Source: Thecamonas trahens ATCC 50062 | Lineage: Eukaryota; Protista; Apusomonadida | Direction of reading: 5' to 3' | Length of the DNA stretch: 64,000 nucleotides | NCBI RefSeq assembly: GCF_000142905.1 | Contig: NW_013657642.1 | Coordinates: 290,551-354,550 of the forward strand | Shown here: positions 53,825 to 63,990 of the stretch, piece by piece | Numbering within the stretch: position 1 is the first letter of the stretch | How the letters are laid out: every line of letters starts with the position of its first letter | Notes under the pieces: model-generated | What the model was told of the DNA's origin: nothing | What the model saw: the letters and a program-made list of their open reading frames with translations, nothing else | The model's database searches: none | Program-made: the position numbers and the translations under genes

Positions 53825-54274
53825 CGTGTATATGTGTGTAGTGACGGCGCGACGTGCGTCGGCGCAGAGCGAGTCATCCGCTGGAAGACTGGCGAGGAGC
53901 GGCGGCATCGGCTGCTGGAGCTTTCCGACGAGCACTACTCGATCTCGTGGAACCTGGTCGGCGCCAACCACCCAACAGAGACCATGAGTGTCCTCTCGCA
54001 CATCCGCTGCTTCCCGATTACCGAGGACAACACCACGCTTGTCGAGTGGTCGTCCGACTTCTCGGCAGACGTCTCGCCGAGCGTGCTCAAGTTTGAGCAG
54101 ACAGCATACGCCAAGTCACTCGCAGAAATGCGCCGCATCCTCGTCGAGAACGCCGCGGCTCCCGCTTCGTCCTCCGATCTTGTCTCGGCATCGTCGCCTG
54201 CACTGGCTCGTCACGGCGCGTCCTTGTCCGACGACGCCCACTCGTCGGTCAGTGCTGCGCCTTCTGCCCTCTGA
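53504..54274 (+). CDS. SRPBCC/START (polyketide cyclase/Bet v1-like) protein; exons 53504-53631 and 53842-54274
   Basis: PITTVWPVFRDF, VGAERVI, RLLELSD, TLVEWSSDF; GTACGT...TAG intron containing (GT)n. Confidence 0.85.
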
Positions 54275-54665
54275 CGGCTCTTTCGCCTACATGCCCTCCC
54301 CGATCAGCCAAGCCAGTCCCACATGCGTGTCGCTCCCACGATCACGAATGCTGTAATGCTACAGCGCCTTTCTCCCTTTGCCAGGTGCCATCAGCTGTGC
54401 TCCCCCCTCGTCGCCCTGCGCGCTTCCTCCATGCGATCCTCGGGTTGTTGTGGGCCAGTTCAGCCCAATCAAAACTTCCGGGATCGTCCTCGATCGGGGC
54501 CGGTGTGTGTATGTGTATGTTTGTGTGGTGGCGGCGGTGATGGTGATGGTGATGGTGGGGCGGTCACTGTGGGACACCACGTCGAGTTGACGACATCACG
54601 CAACAACGGAACGTGTGCACACCACTCTGTCCTTCTCACGCACCCTCTCTCCGGTACACCGACTG

Positions 54666-55469
54666 ATGTTTCGCGTGGGACTCCAGCGCGGGGCGTCGCT
54701 TGTTGTAGCACCGATTCTGGCGGACAACTACTTGTATGCGCTCTGCACTGCCAACGGTGGAGTGGCGGTAGTGGACCCCGGCGGAGTGCCCGAGACAGCC
54801 GAGTGGGACGAGGTGAACAAGGCAGTCAAGGCCGTCCTTGTCACCCACCACCATCACGACCATGTCGACGAGCTGCGGAGTGTACTCGCTCATGCCAGCA
54901 TCAAGCGCCCGCCCGTGGTCGTCTCCTCGGCAGCCGCGCTCCGCGTCCCCTGCTCGTCCTCGCACCTGTCGCTCGAGCCCGGCTCCACCAAGGTCGACAT
55001 CCCTGGCCTCGGCCCGGATGCGGCAGTCGACGTCATCGCCACGCCTGGTCACACCCGCGATCATTGCGCGTTCCACTTTCCTCAGCTCGGCGTCGTTTTC
55101 TCGGGCGACAACCTGTTCGGGCTCGGCTGCGGTCGGGTCTTTGAGGGCTCGATCGCAGAGATGCATGCCTCGCTTCAGAGCCTCGCCAAACTCCCGGATC
55201 ATACCGTGGTTGCTGGCTCGCACGAGTACACCCTCGCCAATCTCGAGTTCTGCCTCTCGCTCGGCGATGAGCTCTACTCGTACCTCCCCGGCTCGCCCGA
55301 TGATGCCAAGGCCGCCTTTGATGCTCGTGCCGCTGACATCCGCACCGCCGCTGCCGCCGGTAAGCCCACCATGCCCACCACCATCGGGCTGGAAAAAGCC
55401 ACCAACCCGTTCCTCGTCCCTGACCTCTCCAGCTTTGCCCGAGTCCGCGCCGCCAAGGACGTGTTCTAA
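54666..55469 (+). CDS. HAGH: Hydroxyacylglutathione hydrolase (glyoxalase II); may have an upstream targeting exon
   Basis: DNYLY, VVDPG, THHHHDH, TPGHT, FSGDNLFGLGCGRVFEG, HEYT, PTTIGLEKATNPFL, RAAKDVF. Confidence 0.93.
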   Translation: MFRVGLQRGASLVVAPILADNYLYALCTANGGVAVVDPGGVPETAEWDEVNKAVKAVLVTHHHHDHVDELRSVLAHASIKRPPVVVSSAAALRVPCSSSHLSLEPGSTKVDIPGLGPDAAVDVIATPGHTRDHCAFHFPQLGVVFSGDNLFGLGCGRVFEGSIAEMHASLQSLAKLPDHTVVAGSHEYTLANLEFCLSLGDELYSYLPGSPDDAKAAFDARAADIRTAAAAGKPTMPTTIGLEKATNPFLVPDLSSFARVRAAKDVF

Positions 55470-55743
55470 TGAGGAACCCAGGCTTTTACGCACGCGAGAG
55501 GCACACAAGCAGCATCTCGAATAAAGAACGTCTCTGTTTACTTGGCAAGACACAGTAGCGCCCTCGATCAGGTCGGTTACGAGTACTTGGGAATGGTCGT
55601 GTGCGCCAGCCCCGATCGGTGCCACAGTCGATTCGCGGTTGCCAAAGCCCGAGCGGCGACTCGGTCGGTCGAGGGAACACCACCACCAACAGCGGGAGCA
55701 GGAGAGCCCGTCCACGGCCACCTCACCGCAGGCCAGGACGACC

Positions 55744-56715
55744 ATGTCTACGGATGTGGCGAATGAGTCCGAGACAACATCATACGCAACGTTTCGGGTT
55801 GTGCTGAACGTTCCCTGGGATGCGCCGCTCGGTGGGAGCAAGCTCGACATGAACACCTTTGTCCGCTCAAACACCCTCCGCCTTCCGCGAGTGCCCGACT
55901 TTGAGCTGCGACCAAAGGAGGCTGCGGCGGAAAACTCGGCGAGTGTGGGAGCTACTACTTCTACTGAGGTTGTTATGCGGTTGATCGATCCTCGGGCGCA
56001 TACGCCGACGCCCGCGCCGACTCCCATCAAGCGCAAAGGTGACAAGTTTGCATCGCTGACAGGGGATGCCCAGCCCAAGGCAGAGCCGCGCACCTCGGCA
56101 GAGACAGAGGCTGGATCGTCGGCAGTGAGTGCAAAGGCCAGTGCCGAGGCTGATGGCGAGGCTGAGCTTGACGCAGGGTGGACCAAGGAGATGGATCGTA
56201 TTGTGTGGTCGTTTGTGACCATGACCGGCCTCTCGGACGCGCAGCCGGACGGCTTGGACTGGACCAGCCTCGCGCAGCGGATTGGCGGTGTGACGCCCGA
56301 AGCATGCATGGCCCGAGCAGCGTTGCTGTTTGAGCGGCGGCTCCGAGGCTCGGGGACTGGTGCCACGGCACTGGTCCCGCCGCAGAGCATGGTGGCCAAG
56401 ACGGCGGCTGAACCGACTGCCGCGCCCGAGGTTCGCCGCCTGACACCGCTGCAGTCCGGAGCGGCCGCTGCCGACGACGACAACGCGCTGATGCAGTCGC
56501 TTCTTCGGCTCTCGGCCAACTCGGCCGGTGCGTTTGTCGCATCAGCGTCAGCGTCGGCCGAGCCGTCACCGGTCTCGTCGCCGCCTATCTCTGCCGGCCC
56601 GGTCTCGCTCTCAGGCGACGACGATTCGTTCTCCGAGTCGTCGGTCACCCGGTCCGAGATTCTCGCGGCCTTTCTCGACTACGACGACCCCGGCACACCG
56701 TCCAGCATTTTGTGA
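55744..56715 (+). CDS. Atg29-like protein (otherwise a SANT/Myb-like helical domain protein)
   Basis: FRVVLNVPW, WTKEMDRIVW...LDWTSLAQRI..TP....RAALLFERRL and C-terminal DSFSESSVTRSEILAAFL recall the conserved blocks of fungal Atg29. Confidence 0.6.
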   Translation: MSTDVANESETTSYATFRVVLNVPWDAPLGGSKLDMNTFVRSNTLRLPRVPDFELRPKEAAAENSASVGATTSTEVVMRLIDPRAHTPTPAPTPIKRKGDKFASLTGDAQPKAEPRTSAETEAGSSAVSAKASAEADGEAELDAGWTKEMDRIVWSFVTMTGLSDAQPDGLDWTSLAQRIGGVTPEACMARAALLFERRLRGSGTGATALVPPQSMVAKTAAEPTAAPEVRRLTPLQSGAAAADDDNALMQSLLRLSANSAGAFVASASASAEPSPVSSPPISAGPVSLSGDDDSFSESSVTRSEILAAFLDYDDPGTPSSIL

Positions 56716-56945
56716 TGCGAAGCGTGACAGGGCCTGGTCGAACAACCGCAAACCATTGAATGGGTGCGTTGGTGGGCGCGGCGATTGTGATGAGTCGCCA
56801 CGCCGCTTGTTGGCCTGGGCATGAGCAACTCGCCTGTTTCGGCTCAATTGCCGGATCCCTGGGCCTGTCTTCCGCAAGGCTTCCGCACACCGGCTTGGTG
56901 CGACGAGACAAGCTCGACTCACCTCTCCCAGCCACTACAGGCTAG

Positions 56946-57180
56946 CGCCTTACTTCGCTTAGAGCTCCAATGGCGTCGACACGTCCGGATCCAGAAGAGC
57001 GGGAGCCCACTCGCCCACCCTTTGATGACGATCTACAACGACATCGACTTGACTCATGTGCACGCGAGCTTGCTACGGCAGCTCAGGTACACGCGGGTCA
57101 CCGCGCCAATAGCACGATGTGCTGGCACAAAGGGGCAGGCCGCCGAGCCAGCGGAGCGACCGCTCGGCCGGGACTCGAGA
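56946..57180 (+). repeat. Dispersed repeat family, copy 2
   Basis: Homologous to 33060-33360, with internal deletions. Confidence 0.85.
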
Positions 57181-57484
57181 GCGTTCCTCAGCAAAAGTGT
57201 ACTTGAGCAGTACTCTGCAATCACCTGGCCCAGTGAGTCGATCGATGTGCAGTACGCCGAGGCCTGCGGCTCTGAGGATCGCTGCGGGCACGTTTGGCCA
57301 GGAGCAGCGCGGACAAAGTCGTTGTTGTCCTCTGTGCTAAAGGTGGTGAACGAGATGATGATGGTCTCGCGTGGGGGCGGTGATGTTCCAGGAGCAGTCC
57401 ATGTTGTTAGCGTAGAAGCCGCCATAGCTCGATACGTTGATCGACCCGGCGCGTCCGCCGGGTGCCGTCAGCATTTAGAGTCGC

Positions 57485-58877
57485 TTGCACCACCTCACCC
57501 GCACCATTGCAGCCACCCCCGCGTACGGCATTGTAGCTGCGTCGACGTCATGCCTCCTAGCCGGAACTTTCTATAGTTTCCCGCTCCTGTTCGAGGAGCT
57601 CAAGGGTCCGATGCGGCTGTCCCAGCTCGACGTGGCTGTTGCTGGCGCATGCGCATACTCAAGTGTGCTCATGTGCCTCTCCCTCGGCCCCTTCGTCTAC
57701 CCCGCCTTCCCAAGCCCCACCACCGCCATGTGTATTTCAGGTCATCGCTGCTGGCGATCACCGCTGCTTGGGCCATCCTCGGAAGCGCCACTGCCGTGAG
57801 CGGCACCTTCGCTGCCGTGCTGATGGCGGCTGGCGCAACGGCGCTTGGCGTGTCATGCGGGATGTCGTACCCGTACGAGATGGTGACGCTCATCATGGAC
57901 GGCCGTGTGGCAGATGTTGTTGCGGGTGGCTATGCGAGTGCCGTGTTTGCCTCGGCCGGCCTTGTTGCCACCGTGTATCTCGTCGTGCTGCAGCACGCGC
58001 CGCACCTGGGCCCCCTCGCTGCCATGCGCATCTTCGTGGCAACGTTTGGGTCCGTTTCGGCGCTGTTCACCTTCGCTGCGTTTGCTTACGACACATCACC
58101 GCCGGATCCTTCGCCGACGCTCGGGGAGGACTGTCCTCTGGTGCAGCCTGCCGAGGGGAACGAGCCAGAAGGTCCTCTGCGGACGCCGCGTCAGCTGCTC
58201 TCCGACGCTTTGGCGTTTCCGCTGCGCAAAGTCTCGTTTGCGCTTGCGACGGTCGTACTGGCGCTCAAGGTCGGCATCGGCGCCACGGCCATTGCCAACA
58301 TTGGTGCCGCGGTGGCGTCCGCGGGTGTCACCGGTCTTGACGTCGGCTGGGGCGTCGTTAAGCTCATGGCGGCGCAGGTAGTCGGTCGGATCACCCTCGC
58401 GAGCGTGTCTGCGCTCCCGCTGTTTGGTCAGGGACACGGAGCGCTGATCCTTGTCTCGCTTGGCTACACAGCGCTGTTTGGTTGGGCGTGGCTCGCAGGC
58501 GGCGTGGCGGCGCACAGCGTTGGGGCGTACACGATCACGCTTGGGTTCCTCTACGGCATCATGTGGACCGTGACGTCGTACATTCCCCGCTTTGCTCATC
58601 CCGTCACGAAAGACGTCGGCGACTACTGGCAGATCCTCATGAGTGTCGCGAACCCGTCGGCCATTTTCACCACCGCCGCGTTCGGTGCTGCCACAAGCTC
58701 TACGCTGCGCAGTGTCGCGCCGGTGAGAACAGCTGCGACGGCAAACACTGCTTCCGCGACTCGTTCCTCATGCTCGCGGTTGCCTCCGCAGTCCTCCTGG
58801 CCGCCTCGCTTGCCCTCACCCTCATCAACACCGTGTTCCAGGAGCGTGACGACGGCAAGCGGCAAGCTCACTCGTAA
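57485..58877 (+). pseudogene. MFS transporter (Nodulin-like/MCH1 type), split by two frameshifts (~57740, ~58690); pseudogene or assembly errors
   Basis: N-terminal AGTFYSFPLL..ELK...LSQ in one frame, TM core in ORF 57649, C-terminal CDGKHCFRDSF in a third frame. Confidence 0.7.
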
Positions 58878-58982
58878 ACCAGATTTTGTCTTTATCCACA
58901 GAGGACGACGACGTCGACTCACCCGAGCTCGGATGCAGCACAGTCCACTCCGCCACCGCGGAACCGGCCGATGTCCCGCACA

Positions 58983-59251
58983 CTCTCGGTTGCCGGCCGA
59001 GCGGTCGCTCCACTGGCTCGACGGCTTGACATTTCCTCGCATTTACTGTGCTGGCCATCTTTGCCAGCACATCGTGCCAATTGGCGCGGTGATCCACGTG
59101 TACCCGCGTACACACGAGATCAAGGTGAGAATTGGGCGCTCAGAGGGCGCCCCGTCGTCGTTGTCGTCGTCGCGTATCGTCGATCGGAGAGCCGACTGTG
59201 TCGAGGCCATCAGAGCGAGGTGGCAGCCGCTTTGATTCGCTCCGCTGGCCG
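58983..59251 (-). repeat. Dispersed repeat family, copy 3 (inverted)
   Basis: Reverse complement aligns to 33036-33364. Confidence 0.88.
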
Positions 59252-59420
59252 GGGCCGGTGGCGTACATGGCGCCGGAGCAGCTGCGCGAAGCCGAAGAGG
59301 GTTTTGAGGGCGACATGTTCACCTTTGGCACGCTCCTCTACGAGATGCTCATGCGGGCGCCGGCGTTTGATGGCAGCAATGCCATGGAGATTGGCCGCCA
59401 GGTCCTCACCAGCAACGCTG
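59252..59420 (+). pseudogene. Protein kinase fragment (subdomains VIII-X only)
   Basis: GPVAYMAPEQL...GDMFTFGTLLYEML..APAFDG; no upstream Gly-loop, VAIK, HRD or DFG. Confidence 0.75.
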
Positions 59421-59559
59421 CTAGTGCGATGGCGGGTAATTCATCAAGCGGTGTTGGTCGGTCGATCCGCTGGTGAGGCCCATGGCGCAGGAGGCTGCGG
59501 ATGTGCCGGTGGCGGCGAGGATGCGGGCGTGGTGCTCGGGGGAGAAAAGGCGGTGGGTG

Positions 59560-62500
59560 TTATGGATGGCGGCGGAGGATGATGGGGGGGCAGTTGGAGA
59601 ATACGGTGAGGAGGCGATTGGGGTCGGAGGGGTGGGGGATGGAGAGGCCGGTGTGGTTGGCGATCGTGATGCGGGTCCAGTTGTTGCGTGAGTGGATGGG
59701 GATGGAGCGGCGGGCGTGGAACCAGAAAGAGGAAGGGTGGCGGGCGTGGAGGGTGTAGCCGGTGGGGGAGGGGTGCCACTCGAACGTCTCGTCGGAGTAT
59801 GAGCGGGAGACCAGGACAGGCAGCTGGCCATCCGCACTCGGCAGCGCAATCACACCCCGCACACTGTTGGTGTGGCCCTCCAGCACCTCACAGGAGGCAC
59901 CGTCGGCGGTGTACCGCATGGCGCCCGTCCCGTTGTCCGCAGGATGCCACACCCGGATCGTCTTGTGGTTCGACCACGAGACCAGGACAGGCAGCTGGCC
60001 ATCCGCACTCGGCAGCGCAATCACACCCCACACATACTTGGTGTGGCCCTCCAGCACCTCACAGAATGCACTGTCCGCGGTGTACCGCATGGCGCCCGTC
60101 CCGTTGTCCGCAGGATGCCACACCCGGATCGTCTTGTGGTTCGACCACGAGACCAGGACAGGCAGCTGGCCATCCGCACTCGGCAGCGCAATCACACCCC
60201 ACACATACTTGGTGTGGCCCTCCAGCACCTCACAGAATGCACTGTCCGCGGTGTACCGTATGGCGCCCGTCCCGTCGTCCGCAGCATGCCACACCCGGAT
60301 CGTCCTGTCCTTCGACCACGAGACCAGGACAGGCAGCTGGCCATCCGCACTCGGCAGCGCAATCACACCCTGCACATCGTCGGTGTGGCCCTCCAGCACC
60401 TCACAGGAGGCACCGTCGGCGGTGTACCGCATGGCGCCCGTCCCGTTGTCCGCAGGATGCCACACCCGGATCGTCTTGTGGTTCGACCACGAGACCAGGA
60501 CAGGCAGCTGGCCATCCGCACTCGGCAGCGCAATCACACCCCACACATACTTGGTGTGGCCCTCCAGCACCTCACAGGAGACACTGTCTGCGGTGTACCG
60601 CATGGCGCCCGTCCCGTTGTCCGCAAGATGCCACACCCGGATCGTCTTGTCCTCCGACCACGAGACCAGGACAGGCAGCTGGCCATCCATACTCGGCAGC
60701 GCAATCACACCCTCGCACATACTTGGTGTGGCCCTCCAGCANNNNNNNNNNNNNNNNNNNNNNNNNNNNNNNNNNNNNNNNNNNNNNNNNNNNNNNNNNN
60801 NNNNNNNNNNNNNNNNNNNNNNNNNNNNNNNNNNNNNNNNNNNNNNNNNNNNNNNNNNNNNNNNNNNNNNNNNNNNNNNNNNNNNNNNNNNNNNNNNNNN
60901 NNNNNNNNNNNNNNNNNNNNNNNNNNNNNNNNNNNNNNNNNNNNNNNNNNNNNNNNNNNNNNNNNNNNNNNNNNNNNNNNNNNNNNNNNNNNNNNNNNNN
61001 NNNNNNNNNNNNNNNNNNNNNNNNNNNNNNNNNNNNNNNNNNNNNNNNNNNNNNNNNNNNNNNNNNNNNNNNNNNNNNNNNNNNNNNNNNNNNNNNNNNN
61101 NNCGCGGTGTACCGCATGGCGCCCGTCCCGTCGTCCGCAGCATGCCACACACGGATCGTGTTGTCTCTCGACCACGAGACCAGGATGGGCAGCTGGCCAT
61201 CCGCACTCGGCAGCGCAATCACACCCTGCACATCGTTCGTGTGGCCCTCCAGCACCTCACAGGAGGCACTGTCCGCGGTGTACCGCATGGCACCCGTCCC
61301 GTCGTCCACAGCATGCCACACCCGGATCGTCTTGTGGTTCGACCACGAGACCAGGACAGGCAGCTGGCCATCCGCACTCGGCAGCGCAAACACACCCCGC
61401 ACCCTGCTGGTGTGGCCCTCCAGCACCTCCACGCGTTCACCAGTTAGCACGTCAAGTACGTCCACATTCTTCCGACATTCACCAGCAACCAGCGAGCCAC
61501 CGATGTTGATGACTTTTTCGTACGAGCCATCAAAGCGAAAGCGCTCAGCACCACGATGCGCGAAAAGGGTCCACGGCTCTCGATGGAAAAAGAGCCCCAA
61601 ACGAGGCATCTTCGCTCACAGCAGCAACCATGTCCTTCACGGCTTTGGACGCCTTGACATAGGCAAGTCAAAGCAACAAGCTCGGTCTCGATGTGCGACG
61701 TACCGCTCTCAATGATTTCACGTGAGAGCGACAGCGCACGCTCGACCTCGTCAACGTCTTTGGCTCCTTCACAGCCAAGGCGCACAACACAACGCAGATC
61801 ATGGAGGAGGCCACCAAGCGAGTCGTCTGCGCGGGCTTTCATCCACGGCCAGGAGAGAGCAACGGCAACGGCAGCATGGTTTGCTCCAGCTGCAATCTTT
61901 CAAAATACCGCGGGTGACGATCCAATCGGAGGCAGTGCCAGAGGTCATGGTCTCCATAGCGGACTCTGGCGTGGCGCCAGGCGGAGGCACCCCGGCGACA
62001 ACGGCGAGGTGACGGGCAGGAAGGGAAGGGATGTCGTCAACGCACACCTCAAGCCGATGGCGAATGTACTCGAGGTGCAGATCGTGCAGCTCGACTACGG
62101 TTATGGCGCCGCCATCCGTGGCAACGACGCGCAGCAACGACGTGTTGGCGAGGGCATCGAGGGCCCTAGCAAACTTGATATTGCTTGCGTCGATCGCGGA
62201 GCGGAAGTTGGCGACGTCGATGGGCGCGTCTGATGGAAAGACGGCGAGCATGGCGTAAATAGTCAGCGCCACCTTGCGGACATGCTTGGGGATGGCACCG
62301 CCGAGGGTCCAAGTGATGATGTCAAAGATGTGGGCGTACTTGGCGTCCGATCCGCCGCAATCATCGCGGTGCTCATCCATGGCAAACTCGGTTGCATCTG
62401 CAGCGTCCTCAACAGCGTCGTCAAGTGCAGCCTCGCCAGAAATGGACGAGCCAAGGACGGCGAGGGCGAGGGCATGCCCACGGCAAAAGGTCGCGAGGGA

Positions 62501-63990
62501 GACGATGCGGGGATCGTCGAGAGCAAGGGTGTTTGCCCACTCAGGTGAGCCCTTGGCGAGGTAGTTGCGAAGGACAACAGCAGCGTCGTCCGGGCCAAAG
62601 GTGCCAAGCTTGATGGAGGAGGCGGTTGTTGGTAGCAACAGCGGCGTTACGCGAGGTGACGAGGACGGCATGCGGGCTGCGATGTGTTGGTGAAGACGGA
62701 GGCCTGCGGTGGTCCACGCATCGTCGAGATGAGCAAGATGCGAGTGCGGCATTGGCGAGGGCCCGGGTCTTGGCAGCAAGAATGGGTTGGAGGTCATTGA
62801 GGCCAGCTTGTGCATCGATTNNNNNNNNNNNNNNNNNNNNNNNNNNNNNNNNNNNNNNNNNNNNNNNNNNNNNNNNNNNNNNNNNNNNNNNNNNNNNNNN
62901 NNNNNNNNNNNNNNNNNNNNTCAGGAAGTAGAACATGCGGCTAGCAAGATCGGCGTGGACGTATGTCCTCACCAAGAGGGAGCCAGAAGACGGAGAAGGC
63001 GGAGATGATGGCGGGATGGATGGCGACATCGGCAGCGAGTGACGACTTGCCGACGCCACCGAGCCCGTTGACACCAACGACTGAGACGTTGTTCGCACCG
63101 AGAAGGACATTAATGACCGCATCACGAGTGTCAGGGAGCGGGTGGAACTCGGGTGGATTGAGTGGCGGTGGCATGGGTGAGGGGCGGAGGGGTGAACTGG
63201 GAACAATGGCCTGGATGCGGTCGGCAAGATCGTCGACCATGTCAACCACGCTGTCGCGAGCCGGGGAGTATGGAGCGAGGCCGCGCTCGAGGAGGGCGTA
63301 GAGAGTGCCGATGCGGGCGACTTTGAGGTCGGGCGTGAGTTCATCGTGTTCCCAGAGATCCGTGAAGCGACGGTTGTCCGGGATCTGCGACGGGAAAGCC
63401 GCCGCCATGTACGCCAGTAGAGGGTGGCTGGCATCCCGCGGGCCGTCACGCCATGCCGGCGACGAGACGGTCTCGAGCGAGAGCTCAGCGTCGGCAAAAA
63501 CCGGAAAGACCTTGCAAGTCGGATCAGCGAGGGCTGCGTCGGCCTCTGCGATGGCCCACCGTGTGACGATCGAGTACTTTGAGACAACGACGACCACAAC
63601 GTGTGAGTCACGGGCAAGCCGGGCGCAGTCTGCGGGATCTTGGACAATCATGGCGTCGAGCGACTTGACGTCGAGAAAGACGCGTAGACCGAGGGCAACG
63701 AGCTTGTCGCGGAGCGAGAGCATGAGCCCCTTGTCGTTGGAGCCGTGGCAGAGGAAGACATCGTATGACTTGGTGGGGATCTGGCTGGTAGTGGAGGACG
63801 GCCCGGCTGGTGACGATGACGTCGCTTCGATATGAATGTTCTGGGGGACTGCGGAGGAAGGGGTGGTCGAGCTGGCCGAGCTGGCGCTGGAAGTGCGCTC
63901 GACTCGCCCGGGGTCGGCCGGTTGCCCTGCGCGGCGCTTGGCAGAACTACCAGCGGCATACTCCGAACCGCCCCCTGGGGCGGGGTCCAT
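59560..63990 (-). CDS. TIR-NB-ARC (STAND)-WD40 NLR/Apaf-1-like protein; several frameshifts and two gaps in this assembly; may extend beyond the window
   Basis: TIR (YDVFLCH, RVFLD, VVVVVSKY, RWAIAE), Walker A GLGGVGKS, Walker B LDDAW, sensor LVTSR, CRGHALAL (GLPL-like), LHDL (MHD-like), then WD repeats LEGHT..V.GV...TIRVW. Confidence 0.88.
59809..61430 (-). repeat. 171-bp (57-aa) highly conserved WD40 tandem array; 8 units visible, about 2 more in the gap
   Basis: An anchor sequence recurs at 59810, 59981, 60152, 60323, 60494, 60665, 61179 and 61350. Confidence 0.96.
60742..61102. other. Assembly gap inside the WD array
   Basis: N run. Confidence 1.
62821..62920. other. Assembly gap (100 N, size unknown) inside the NB-ARC region
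   Basis: N run. Confidence 1.

Noticed and set aside
59688-61715. Long plus-strand repeat ORFs
   Set aside because: Antisense shadows of the WD40 array.
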